Made by a program: the position numbers and the translations under genes | In this document: positions 8,694 through 17,926 of the stretch, one piece after another | Layout: the number at the start of each line of letters is the position of its first letter | Position numbering within the stretch: the first letter of the stretch is position 1 | DNA from: an uncultured Bacteroidales bacterium | Lineage (GTDB): Bacteria > Bacteroidota > Bacteroidia > Bacteroidales > Paludibacteraceae | Length of the DNA stretch: 64,000 nt | Assembly (NCBI GenBank): GCA_946403215.1 | Contig: CAMIZG010000004.1 | Coordinates: 7,454-71,453 of the forward strand | Reading direction: 5' to 3' | The notes under the pieces: model-generated | What the model saw: only the letters and a program-made list of their open reading frames with translations | What the model was told of the DNA's origin: nothing | The model's database searches: none

Positions 8694-11663
8694 TTAGAAT
8701 GTTATGTTCAGTCCGAAAGTGAAGTTACGCGTCATCGGATAAACGTTGCTGTCTATACCACTTCCGCCCACCTCGGGGTCAAGTCCTGTATAGCGTGTGA
8801 GCGTGTACAGGTTCTGGCCGGAGATGGAGAAGCGCACCTCATCCATCAGGGCTTTCTTGGTCAACTCCTTGGGCAGGGTGTAACCGATGGTTATACTCTT
8901 CAGTCGGAGGTAGTCACCCGGCTCCAGGAATCGGTCGCTGGTGCGGTTGTTCTTGTTCGGGTCGCTGAACACGGCACGCGGCATCGTTGTGGAGGGGTTC
9001 TCCGGACGCCAGCGGTCGAGTACCGTAGTCATCTGGTTCTGTGCCACGCTCATCGCCTCCAGCGTTGCGCGGTTGCCGTTGTAGATCTTGTTGCCGGCTG
9101 CACCTTGCAGATACACCTCTACATCCACGCCGTAGAACTCAAAACGGTTGTTCATTGAGAACGTCCAGGATGGGGTAGGAGTGCCTAAGATGGTGCGGTC
9201 ATCCTCGTTGATCACGCCGTCGTTGTTCAGATCCTTGAACCGTATATCACCCGGCTGGGTGCTGGTGTACTTGTCGCTACCGATGGTCTGCACGGCGTGG
9301 TTGTCAATCTCCTCCTGCGATTGGAAGATGCCGTCGGTCACATAACCGTAGAACGCTGCTACCGGGTAGCCGACCTTATGCACGTTGCAGTCGAAGTACA
9401 TCGGCACATCGTCGTTGAGCGAGAGGATGCGGTTGTGGTTGTAGGCGAAGTTCAGCGCCGTGGTCCACGTGAAGTTCTTCTTCTTGATGTTCATCGTGTT
9501 CAGACTGACCTCTATACCCATGTTCCGCATGCGGCCTGCATTGATATTTGGCACAGCCTCGTCGGAGTAACCGCTGCTGATAGGCACGGACATCGGCACC
9601 AACATGTCGTTCGTGTTCTTGATATATCCGTCAATGGTGACGTTCAGATGCTGGTCGAGCAGCGACATATCCACGCCGACGTTATATTGCTCCACCGTCT
9701 CCCAACGTACATTGGGGTTAGGCAGTACCCAAGGTGCCAGACCTGCTACCTGTGTGCCGCCGAACACGTACTGCACGGTCTGCAACTGGCTGGCGTAAGC
9801 GTAGTTGCCTACACTTGCCTGGTTACCTGTCAGACCGTAACCGGCACGGAGCTTGAGGTCGCTGAGCGCAAACGATTTCTCAAACCAACTCTCCTCACTC
9901 ATGCGCCATGCGGCTGCCACCGAGGGGAAGAAACCCCAGCGGTTCTTCTTCGAGAAGCGGCTCGATCCGTCGGCACGGAACGTAGCGGTGAGCAGATAGC
10001 GGTTGTCGTAGCCGTAGGTGACACGTCCCATGAACGAGAGCAGTGCCCAGTCACTCTTGTTGCCGCCCAGCGTGGGTTCCAGCAATCCGTTGCTGAGCTG
10101 CTTGGCTTCTTCTGAGATGAATCCCTGCACTGCTCCGCTCATATATTCGTAACTGTTCGCCTGCATGGACGAACCGATCATGGCTGTGAACGAATGCTTC
10201 TGATCGAAGGTCTTGACGAACGAAAGGGTGTTGTCCCATAGCCATGTTATACTTTTGTCAAACGAGTGGCTGACCTGCGATTCGGGTTGCGCGATAGGTT
10301 TCCAGTCATAAGCAGGCGACCAGCCTTCGGTGTCCCAGTACATGACCTGCATACCGAAGGTCGTCTTGAAGATGATCCAATCCACAGGCTTGATCTCTGC
10401 ATAGATATTTCCCAACAGGTTATAACCTTTGGTTGTACTGCTGTTCTCGTTCATCTTGCCAATCGGGTTGGTTATATCGCCTACGTACATTGCCAAGCCT
10501 TCAGGTCCTGCCCATGTGCCATCCTCATTCTTTATTGCTTGCGTGGGTAGCGCGCGCATAGTGTTCTGGATGCTGTATTCGCCCGAGGACTTGATGTCGT
10601 GGTTCAGACTCAGCTTATGCCCGAAGCGCAGCCAGTCGAAGAGTTGCGTGTCGTGGTTGAACTGTAGGGTAATACGCTTGTAGTCAGTGGTCTTGATGAT
10701 ACCTTTCTGGTCAAAATATGCGCCGGACACGTAGAAGTTCGACTTCTGCGTACCGCCCGAATAGTTGAGGCTGTAGTTCTGCGTAGGAGCGAACTGCCAG
10801 AGCTCGGACATCCAGTCTGTGCCAGTGCCCAAGGCGGTGGGATCAGCATAACCGGTGTATTGCGGTTGGCCTGCAGCAGCCATCATTTCGTTATGCAGCG
10901 AGGCAAACTGATAGGCTTTCAGCAGAGGCAGAGTGCGTTGTATCTGGTCAAATCCGAACGAGCCTTTCAGATTGATGTGTCCCTTCTCGTTGTCGCCTTT
11001 CTTGGTGGTGATGATCACAACGCCGTATGCACCACGTGAACCGTAGATGGCCGTGGCGGAGGCATCTTTGAGCACATCGATACTTGCCACGTCGTCCATG
11101 TTGATCATGTTCAGCGGCACATCGGTTGGCACACCGTCAATCACAATCAACGGCTGCGAGTTGTTGATACTACCCACACCGCGGATGTTCAGGCTTACGT
11201 TACTGCCCGGAGCACCCGAACCCGTCACTTGCAATCCCGCGGCACGCCCCTCCAAGGCTGCACCGAGCGAGGGAGCAGGCGTCTTCTGCAGGTCTTTGTC
11301 GTTCACCTGGGCTATACTGCCGGTCAGGTCGCTCTTCTTCTGCACGCCGTAACCGACCACTACGACCTCTTCCAGCAGTTCCGAACTCTCACGCATCACA
11401 ATACGCAGTTCGGACTTGCCGTCAGCCTGCACAGTCTGGGCATCATAACCCATATAACTGATCTGCAACACAACGGGAGGTTGGACATCCAATTCGAAAT
11501 TGCCGTCGAAATCCGTTATGGTGCCCTGGGTGGTACCTTCCACCATCACATTCACACCTATCAGCGGTTCACCGGTTGGATCCACAATAACGCCTCTAAC
11601 CTGCGCACCAACTGTCAGCACCGACAGCAAAGAGAGCAATACAGAAGCGGTTAATCTGTTCAT
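8694..11663 (-). CDS. SusC-like TonB-dependent transporter
   Basis: Track ORF starts at a TTG (11720). The ATG at 11663 gives MNRLTASVLLSLLSVLTVGAQ followed by a carboxypeptidase-regulatory-like domain (GVIVDPTGEPLIGVNVMVEGTTQGTITDFDGNF), a plug, and a C-terminal barrel ending FGLNITF. Confidence 0.9.
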   Translation of the reverse strand: MNRLTASVLLSLLSVLTVGAQVRGVIVDPTGEPLIGVNVMVEGTTQGTITDFDGNFELDVQPPVVLQISYMGYDAQTVQADGKSELRIVMRESSELLEEVVVVGYGVQKKSDLTGSIAQVNDKDLQKTPAPSLGAALEGRAAGLQVTGSGAPGSNVSLNIRGVGSINNSQPLIVIDGVPTDVPLNMINMDDVASIDVLKDASATAIYGSRGAYGVVIITTKKGDNEKGHINLKGSFGFDQIQRTLPLLKAYQFASLHNEMMAAAGQPQYTGYADPTALGTGTDWMSELWQFAPTQNYSLNYSGGTQKSNFYVSGAYFDQKGIIKTTDYKRITLQFNHDTQLFDWLRFGHKLSLNHDIKSSGEYSIQNTMRALPTQAIKNEDGTWAGPEGLAMYVGDITNPIGKMNENSSTTKGYNLLGNIYAEIKPVDWIIFKTTFGMQVMYWDTEGWSPAYDWKPIAQPESQVSHSFDKSITWLWDNTLSFVKTFDQKHSFTAMIGSSMQANSYEYMSGAVQGFISEEAKQLSNGLLEPTLGGNKSDWALLSFMGRVTYGYDNRYLLTATFRADGSSRFSKKNRWGFFPSVAAAWRMSEESWFEKSFALSDLKLRAGYGLTGNQASVGNYAYASQLQTVQYVFGGTQVAGLAPWVLPNPNVRWETVEQYNVGVDMSLLDQHLNVTIDGYIKNTNDMLVPMSVPISSGYSDEAVPNINAGRMRNMGIEVSLNTMNIKKKNFTWTTALNFAYNHNRILSLNDDVPMYFDCNVHKVGYPVAAFYGYVTDGIFQSQEEIDNHAVQTIGSDKYTSTQPGDIRFKDLNNDGVINEDDRTILGTPTPSWTFSMNNRFEFYGVDVEVYLQGAAGNKIYNGNRATLEAMSVAQNQMTTVLDRWRPENPSTTMPRAVFSDPNKNNRTSDRFLEPGDYLRLKSITIGYTLPKELTKKALMDEVRFSISGQNLYTLTRYTGLDPEVGGSGIDSNVYPMTRNFTFGLNITF

Positions 11664-11717
11664 GATACTAGGATATTTGAGTGTTAAACATTTCATAGCG
11701 TTATGCAAAATTCGATG

Positions 11718-11725
11718 CAAAGTTA
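11718..11725 (-). promoter_or_regulatory. Candidate Bacteroidota -7 promoter element for susC/susD operon
   Basis: Minus-strand TAACTTTG matches the TAnnTTTG -7 consensus. It lies ~55 nt upstream of the ATG at 11663. Confidence 0.35.
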
Positions 11726-11791
11726 CTGCTTTTTTTCCGAATATGCAATGCGTGCGTATGAAAAAGTAGTGATTATTTAGATAACAAAAAT

Positions 11792-11820
11792 CGCATATTG
11801 TTGATTTTGTGCAATATGCG
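11792..11820 (-). terminator. Hairpin plus T-tract downstream of the SusR-like gene (terminator or operator)
   Basis: Perfect 9-bp inverted repeat CGCATATTG (11792-11800) / CAATATGCG (11812-11820) with an 11-nt loop. On the minus strand it is followed by ATTTTTGTTAT. Confidence 0.4.
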
Positions 11821-11858
11821 TTATCGTATGAAGGAATAAAAAAGTAGTAACTTACAGG

Positions 11859-13439
11859 TTACAAAACGGCTACTTTTTCCTCGAAATGCTCTCTGTCACC
11901 TCGTGCAAGGTTGCGCATGCGAGTGCGTGAATTATATATGGTGGATAGCGAGTAGCGCAGGAAGTCGGCAATCTGCTTGCTATCCGTGATGCCCAACCGG
12001 ATGAGAGCCAGCACACGAAGATCGGTGTTCAGCCGCTCGCCCGGTTTGATACGCAGTTCGGCTTCCGGAACAAGCAGCTCGTGCACTTGATCCACAAAGT
12101 TCGGGAAGATGTGCAAGAATGCTTCGTCAAAGTCATGGTAGAACATTTCCAGCTGTTCTTGAGTAAAACTCTTCGAATTGAGTACAGCCTCCAGCTTGTC
12201 GTATTTCTGGTTGTTGGCGAGCACACGCAGCTGCTTGCGCCAATTGTCGAAGCGGTCAATAAGCAGAGACGTCATCTCCATGTAGCGGCCGACGTACATG
12301 GTCTTGATCTGATTACTCTCAAGCAGTTGGCTGTTACTTTGCGCCAGACGGTCGTTAAGTGCCGCCAACTGATGCCGTTTCCTGCTGACATAGAAGAGAA
12401 AACCTACCAGCATAGCAAAGATTACCAACACGCTCGTAAAAAGACTCATCATCAGGATGTGATGTTGCCGCATGTGGCGTAGGTAGGCACCGTCAATGAC
12501 TGGATAGAGTTCGCTCGTCTCTATCGAACGCACACGTTCGCTACCCGACGTGGCATCTTGCACAGCACACTGCATGTAGCGAAATGCCCGCTCTACATCG
12601 CCCCGCTCATATAATAGCACAGCCAATTCACGCAGAGCTATATATTCACGGATGGCGTTTTGCAAATCAGCAATAGACGCAATAATCAGATAGTGCTCCG
12701 CCTGATGGTTGTTCCCCATCTTCCTGTATATTTGTGCGCGCGTGAATGCAAATACGGGTTCTTCATACTGCCCTTCCACAGGATTGGCCTGTTCGTATGC
12801 CTGTAGTACGTGCAAGGCACTGTCGTATAACTGTTGCTCGTACAGGTAATCCGCGCGCACCAGCTCGTGCAGGAACGAGCCTGCCGGATGAACAGCCATC
12901 ATCTGCTCACGGTACTGCTGCGTGACGGCTGTGTAGGCCTGACGCTCACGTTCGGTGATGGCAAAGTCGCGCATCAGTCCGGACAAGGTGCGCTGCAAAT
13001 GGCTGTAGTACGGTTCCAATACAGGGTCAAGAGGGCGAGCCAGAGCCGAATCCATATAAAGGATTGTCTCGTGGTACATACCGCTGCGCATCAGCACCTC
13101 CGCATAGTTCAGCAATGACACCTGCCGTTCAAACGGATCATGTGCCATGTCCAGACGAAGTTCGGTGTAGCGTTGCTGCGAATCGAGGTTGTATGAACGG
13201 TAGGTCTCCACCAGACGACCATATATCTCGAACCGCTCGTAGTGTGGCAATGTATCGGAGAGTAAACTGCGCAACGAGTCCGCTGCCCGCTCACGCGAAA
13301 GATGGTAGATGGTGCGCTCGGCTATGCATTGGTCTAACTCCTCAAGCAGCGCGTCATCGCCACTCAGCGGTCTGTGACACGCCGGCAACAGCAGCAGTAA
13401 GGATATAATTACATATATGTATGGCGAGGTGGTTCGCAT
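11859..13439 (-). CDS. SusR-like membrane-spanning regulator (periplasmic TPR-like sensor, one TM, coiled coil, C-terminal HTH)
   Basis: 526-aa ORF with N-terminal signal/lipobox LLLLPAC and a helical-repeat region. TM segment ILMMSLFTSVLVIFAMLVGFLFYV; C-terminus LNTDLRVLALIRLGITDSKQIADFLRYSLSTIYNSRTRMRNLA. It sits at the head of the PUL, as in SusR-controlled loci. Confidence 0.7.
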   Translation of the reverse strand: MRTTSPYIYVIISLLLLLPACHRPLSGDDALLEELDQCIAERTIYHLSRERAADSLRSLLSDTLPHYERFEIYGRLVETYRSYNLDSQQRYTELRLDMAHDPFERQVSLLNYAEVLMRSGMYHETILYMDSALARPLDPVLEPYYSHLQRTLSGLMRDFAITERERQAYTAVTQQYREQMMAVHPAGSFLHELVRADYLYEQQLYDSALHVLQAYEQANPVEGQYEEPVFAFTRAQIYRKMGNNHQAEHYLIIASIADLQNAIREYIALRELAVLLYERGDVERAFRYMQCAVQDATSGSERVRSIETSELYPVIDGAYLRHMRQHHILMMSLFTSVLVIFAMLVGFLFYVSRKRHQLAALNDRLAQSNSQLLESNQIKTMYVGRYMEMTSLLIDRFDNWRKQLRVLANNQKYDKLEAVLNSKSFTQEQLEMFYHDFDEAFLHIFPNFVDQVHELLVPEAELRIKPGERLNTDLRVLALIRLGITDSKQIADFLRYSLSTIYNSRTRMRNLARGDREHFEEKVAVL

Positions 13440-13473
13440 GGCAGTCTATCAAGAATGGGCTGCGTAATGGGCG

Positions 13474-14517
13474 TTAGTCGAAGTAGTCGATGCGCATGGC
13501 GCGGCGGACCTCTTGCATGGTCTGCTCGCCGACACGGCGGGCTTCGGCGGTGCCGCGCTCAAGGATGGCACGCACCTCGGGCAGACGCTGCTCCCACTCG
13601 GCGCGGCGCTCACGGATGGGTTCAAGCATCTCTTGCATGATCTTCAGCAGGAACATCTTGCACTTCATGTCACCCAGACCACCACGCGTGTAGTGATCTT
13701 TCAGTTCCTGCAAGTTCTGATATTCAGGCCAGTACTTTTGGAAGTGCTCATCGCGGCAGAACGCGTCAAGATAGGTAAACACGGCATTTCCCTCAAGATG
13801 TCCCGGATCGCTTACCTTCAGGTGCGTCGGGTCGGTGTACATCGACTTGATCTTCTTCTCTACCTCTTCAGCGCTGTCGCTCAGGTAAATGCAGTTACCC
13901 AGACTCTTGCTCATCTTTGCCTTGCCGTCAGTACCCGGCAGACGCATGCACACCGCATTGTCCGGCAGCAGGATCTGCGCCTCTTCAAATACCTCGCCAT
14001 ATACGCTGTTGAAGCGACGGACGATCTCGTTCGTCAATTCAATCATCGGCTTCTGATCCTCGCCTACCGGTACTACTGTGCCGTGGAACAACGTAATATC
14101 CGCTGCCTGCGAAACAGGGTAGCAGAAGAACCCGAGGGGGATGTTTGCCTCAAAGTTACGCATCTTGATCTCCGTCTTCACGGTGGGGTTGCGCTGTACG
14201 CGACTCACGCTCACCAGGTTCATGTAGTAGAACGCCAGTTCAGCCAGCTGCGGCACTCCGCTTTGGATGAAAATGGTTACCTTCTTCGGATCCAATCCTG
14301 CAGCAAGGTAATCCAATGCTACATTCAGAATATTCTCGCGTATCTTACCGGGGTTATCCGCATTGTCTGTTAATGCCTGTGCATCGGCTATCATGATGTA
14401 TATCTTGTCGAACTCGCCGGTGTTCTGCAGTTCAACGCGGCGACGCAGCGAACCTACGTAGTGCCCTATATGCAACTTGCCGGTAGGGCGGTCGCCTGTT
14501 AATATGATTTTAGACAT
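13474..14517 (-). CDS. trpS: Tryptophan--tRNA ligase
   Basis: 347 aa. Class I signatures are present: [12 protein letters not shown] (HIGH) and KMSKS. Size and N-terminal [11 protein letters not shown] are typical of TrpRS. Confidence 0.9.
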   Translation of the reverse strand: MSKIILTGDRPTGKLHIGHYVGSLRRRVELQNTGEFDKIYIMIADAQALTDNADNPGKIRENILNVALDYLAAGLDPKKVTIFIQSGVPQLAELAFYYMNLVSVSRVQRNPTVKTEIKMRNFEANIPLGFFCYPVSQAADITLFHGTVVPVGEDQKPMIELTNEIVRRFNSVYGEVFEEAQILLPDNAVCMRLPGTDGKAKMSKSLGNCIYLSDSAEEVEKKIKSMYTDPTHLKVSDPGHLEGNAVFTYLDAFCRDEHFQKYWPEYQNLQELKDHYTRGGLGDMKCKMFLLKIMQEMLEPIRERRAEWEQRLPEVRAILERGTAEARRVGEQTMQEVRRAMRIDYFD

Positions 14518-14564
14518 AAATCGTTATGTTGTTAAAATGGTCGCTTGGCGACGTTAAATAATTA

Positions 14565-14978
14565 CTAGATAGCACGGATGACGTCAACGACTGGGGATTT
14601 GGCGAGACCGATGATCTCACAGTCGAGTGATGCCAGATGCTTCTTCAGCGTTTGCAGTGCCTCAAGCATGTTATCCGCCTGCACGAGGATGCTCACTGCC
14701 TTGCGGGTCTCCTTATCGTTCTCAACGGTGATAAGCTCCACGCGTGCCTTGTACCAATACTCGCCGTCGGGGGCAGGGATAAGGTCGTAGTACTGCACCT
14801 TCTTGCAGCTCGGCACCTCGCAATCGCCTTGGAATATAAATGGTTTGATAACTTCCATCACACGCTCCTCGACATCGGCACATGTGAATCCTTCCACCAG
14901 ATAGGTCTCTTTTACCTTACCCGGGTTGTCCTCACCCGTCTGGCGGCTGTAGTGTACTTTTAGTTCGTAAAATAGCAT
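14565..14978 (-). CDS. Conserved hypothetical cytoplasmic protein (resembles the Bacteroidota DUF4494 family from memory)
   Basis: 137-aa ATG ORF with no signal peptide, co-directional with trpS and 47 nt upstream of it. The family name is not verifiable here. Confidence 0.6.
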   Translation of the reverse strand: MLFYELKVHYSRQTGEDNPGKVKETYLVEGFTCADVEERVMEVIKPFIFQGDCEVPSCKKVQYYDLIPAPDGEYWYKARVELITVENDKETRKAVSILVQADNMLEALQTLKKHLASLDCEIIGLAKSPVVDVIRAI

Positions 14979-15034
14979 ATATTTTTATATTGACGATTTA
15001 GCGATTGACTATTGATTGTCGATTGGCTTGTTTG

Positions 15035-16291
15035 TCAATTGTCAATCAATAATTCATTGTATCTTGCCGCCAGCGAGTCGTATGCTTGGCGGATATTTGC
15101 CGGCACAGGTTCAGCCGGCGGCGAATCCAACGTGAGCGGATTAACCGGCGTGCCGTTCTTCCATACGCGGAAGTCCAGGTGCGGCCCTGTGCTTGCGCCT
15201 GTTGATCCCACGTACCCGATCACGTCACCTTGCTTGACGTACTTACCCACCTGCAAGCCCTTGGCGTACTTCGACAGATGCAGGTAGCCTGTCTCGTAGG
15301 TGCTATTGTGGCGGATCTTGATTGTGTTACCTCCTCCGCCCTTGTAGGCGCGGAAAGTGACCACACCGTCGCCCAATGCCACCACCGGAGTACCTGCAGG
15401 TGCCGCGTAGTCCACGCCGGTGTGCGGACGAACCACGTGGTAAACGGGGTGCTTGCGCGCATAACTGAAAGTCGAAGATATACGCTTATAGTTCAGCGGC
15501 GCCTTCAGAAAGGTCTTCCTCAGGCTGTTGCCCTGCTCGTCGTAATAGTTGTGGATTTTGCTCAGGTCAATGGAGTCAGTCATGTAGGGCTGCAGACCCG
15601 CCGCGTCGGCGTAATAAGCCGGTAACCAGCGCTTGCCGTGGTAGAAGTGCGCGGCATAGATACGACCTATCCCCACACGCGTGGTGTCAATGTACTGCTC
15701 ATCATATAGCACCCGCACGCTATCGCCGGGCTGCAGGGCAAAGAAGTTGATTGTCCATGCGTAGATCTCCGATAGCTCCAGCGCTAACTCAATGGGCAGG
15801 TTCTTGCTCGCGATGGATTGCCACAGCGAGGAACTGATCACAAACTCTGCTTTCCGGCGCTCAATGTTCATAGGCAGCGTGTCGCGCCATATATACAGAC
15901 TATCCAGCAGCGAGGCGATCAGCGTCTCGCGGCGGTTAAGCTTGTAGGCGTAGTAGCAGAGGGCTGTATCGTTGCGGAAAGCGTAATACCGTCCACCCTC
16001 GCGGATGGAGGCCAACTCGGGGTGTTGCTTGAGTAGCGGTTGCATGGCGCGCCATTGGACGGAACTCAGTCCGTGGCGGGTCAAAATGCCCGACAGGGTC
16101 TCACCTGCCTGAACACGGCAGGTATCTACCTGATAGTTGTCAATAGCAATTCCATATACGCACCGTGGCGCAACCGTCTCTGTCACCGTCTCCTCCGCCT
16201 CTGAGCATTGCTTCATAGGCTTGCTGCCGCAAGCCGCCATTAGGCTCACCGCTGCAATAAGTACCAGTATCTTGAAACTATTAACTCTCAA
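15035..16291 (-). CDS. M23-family peptidoglycan metalloendopeptidase, lipoprotein
   Basis: 418 aa. M23 motifs HTGVDYAAPAGTPV and GYVGSTGASTGPHLDFRVWKNG are present, with lipobox LMAAC. The track start at 16291 is TTG, so the exact start is uncertain. Confidence 0.85.
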   Translation of the reverse strand: MRVNSFKILVLIAAVSLMAACGSKPMKQCSEAEETVTETVAPRCVYGIAIDNYQVDTCRVQAGETLSGILTRHGLSSVQWRAMQPLLKQHPELASIREGGRYYAFRNDTALCYYAYKLNRRETLIASLLDSLYIWRDTLPMNIERRKAEFVISSSLWQSIASKNLPIELALELSEIYAWTINFFALQPGDSVRVLYDEQYIDTTRVGIGRIYAAHFYHGKRWLPAYYADAAGLQPYMTDSIDLSKIHNYYDEQGNSLRKTFLKAPLNYKRISSTFSYARKHPVYHVVRPHTGVDYAAPAGTPVVALGDGVVTFRAYKGGGGNTIKIRHNSTYETGYLHLSKYAKGLQVGKYVKQGDVIGYVGSTGASTGPHLDFRVWKNGTPVNPLTLDSPPAEPVPANIRQAYDSLAARYNELLIDN

Positions 16292-16303
16292 CTCTCAACG
16301 ACA

Positions 16304-17041
16304 CTAAACTTTCTTAGGATACTTGCGAACCCAGGAGGAGAGCTTGAGACGAACCACGCCCAGCAGTGCTTCGGAGAAGATGCCTCCCGACATCTTGCTT
16401 GTTCCTAGTACGCGGTTGACAAAGATGATCGGCACCTCTTTCACCGTAAAGCCGCACATGATAGCCGTGAACTTCATCTCAATCTGGAAGGCGTAACCCT
16501 TGAAGCGAATCTTGTCCAGCTCAATGGTCTCCAGCACCTGACGCCTATAGCCCACGAACCCGGCGGTGGTGTCATGCACATCAATACCTAATACCGTGCG
16601 CACATATTTCGATGCAAAGTACGACATCAGCACGCGTCCCATGGGCCAGTTCACGACATTCACGCCCGTCACATAACGGCTGCCGATGGCTACGTCTGCG
16701 CCACCGTCTGACAACTGCTCATACAACTTGACAAGATCATTGGGGTTATGCGAGAAGTCGGCATCCATCTCGAATATGTAGTCGTACTTATGCTCAATAG
16801 CCCATTTGAAGCCTGCTATATACGCCGTACCCAGCCCCTGCTTTCCCTGGCGTTCTACGATGAACAGGCGCTCTTTCTCTCCGCCGGCTATCATCTTCTT
16901 TACGATGGCTGCGGTGCCATCGGGCGAACCATCGTCAATCACCAGCACATGAAACTCCACAGACAGCGCAAACACTGCGCGGATGATGGCCTCAATGTTC
17001 TCCTTCTCGTTATACGTGGGAATGATTACTAATCGTGACAT
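16304..17041 (-). CDS. GT2 polyprenol/dolichol-phosphate mannosyltransferase-like glycosyltransferase
   Basis: 245 aa. LVIIPTYNEKENI...VIDDGSPDGT...EMDADFSH is the typical GT2 DPM1-like pattern. Confidence 0.8.
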   Translation of the reverse strand: MSRLVIIPTYNEKENIEAIIRAVFALSVEFHVLVIDDGSPDGTAAIVKKMIAGGEKERLFIVERQGKQGLGTAYIAGFKWAIEHKYDYIFEMDADFSHNPNDLVKLYEQLSDGGADVAIGSRYVTGVNVVNWPMGRVLMSYFASKYVRTVLGIDVHDTTAGFVGYRRQVLETIELDKIRFKGYAFQIEMKFTAIMCGFTVKEVPIIFVNRVLGTSKMSGGIFSEALLGVVRLKLSSWVRKYPKKV

Positions 17042-17080
17042 GGATTATTATCTTTTTGGCAGCCAGGTTTGGCTGCTGAA

Positions 17081-17896
17081 TTACATCTTCAGTTCAAACA
17101 CCGCACTGGGCGATGTGCGCTCCAGCACGCTCAGATTCAAGTCACGCCCGGGCACCACGCCTATCTCCATCAGGTAGTCGCTGATGGTGTCGTAGGCTAC
17201 TTTCGGATCGTTGTTCTCCTGACTTAGGTGGCACAGGAAGATATTCTTCATCCCATAATGGTAGTTGCGCTCAAGCAGTTCGCCGCAAGTGACGTTCGAC
17301 TGATGTCCGCGGGGCGAGAGAATACGTTGCTTCAGATAGGTCGGGTAGGGACCATTGAGCAGCAGCTGTTCGTCGTGGTTGGCTTCGATGATAATATGGT
17401 TGGCAGTACGCAGGTACTCCTCCATCTCTGCATTCGGTTCGCCGCAGTCGGTGGCGATCATAAAGCGCTGATGCATGAAGTCAATCACATACCCCACGCA
17501 CTCTGTCGAGTCGTGCGAGATACCGAAGGTGTTGATTGTCATCTCTCCCAGTTGCCACGGCTCACCTTTGGTGTAGAACCGCCGTGCGGAACGAAGCTTC
17601 TGCGTTACACCGTAGTTGCGGTCTATGCCCTCGTGAATCAATCTGGTGGCGTAGATAGGCAGATGCACGCGCTCGCCCAATGTGCCTACGGCACGTATGT
17701 GGTCGGCGTGATCATGGGTGATGAGCACACCCATTATGTTCTTGAAGTCCAGATTCATCTCCTTGAGGTACTTGTGTATAGTACGCGCCGAGATGCCGGC
17801 ATCTATCAGAACGCCGCGCTCAGCCGTCCCGAAGTAGTAGCAGTTGCCGCTACTTCCGCTACCAAATGACCTCAATATAAGTTTTTGTTCGTCCAT
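17081..17896 (-). CDS. MBL-fold metallo-hydrolase
   Basis: 271 aa with the HxHxDH motif (ITHDHADH) and later conserved His/Asp residues. Confidence 0.8.
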   Translation of the reverse strand: MDEQKLILRSFGSGSSGNCYYFGTAERGVLIDAGISARTIHKYLKEMNLDFKNIMGVLITHDHADHIRAVGTLGERVHLPIYATRLIHEGIDRNYGVTQKLRSARRFYTKGEPWQLGEMTINTFGISHDSTECVGYVIDFMHQRFMIATDCGEPNAEMEEYLRTANHIIIEANHDEQLLLNGPYPTYLKQRILSPRGHQSNVTCGELLERNYHYGMKNIFLCHLSQENNDPKVAYDTISDYLMEIGVVPGRDLNLSVLERTSPSAVFELKM

Positions 17897-17926
17897 GCTT
17901 TGTATCAGCCGAACCTGGCTGATGGT

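Noticed and set aside
14979-15050. Cluster of ATTGAC / GTCAAT / ATTGTC words between the M23 peptidase stop and the 137-aa gene
   Set aside because: The words are short, irregularly spaced and partly inside the M23 coding end (ELLIDN). This looks like AT-rich low complexity rather than a defined repeat or DnaA-box array.
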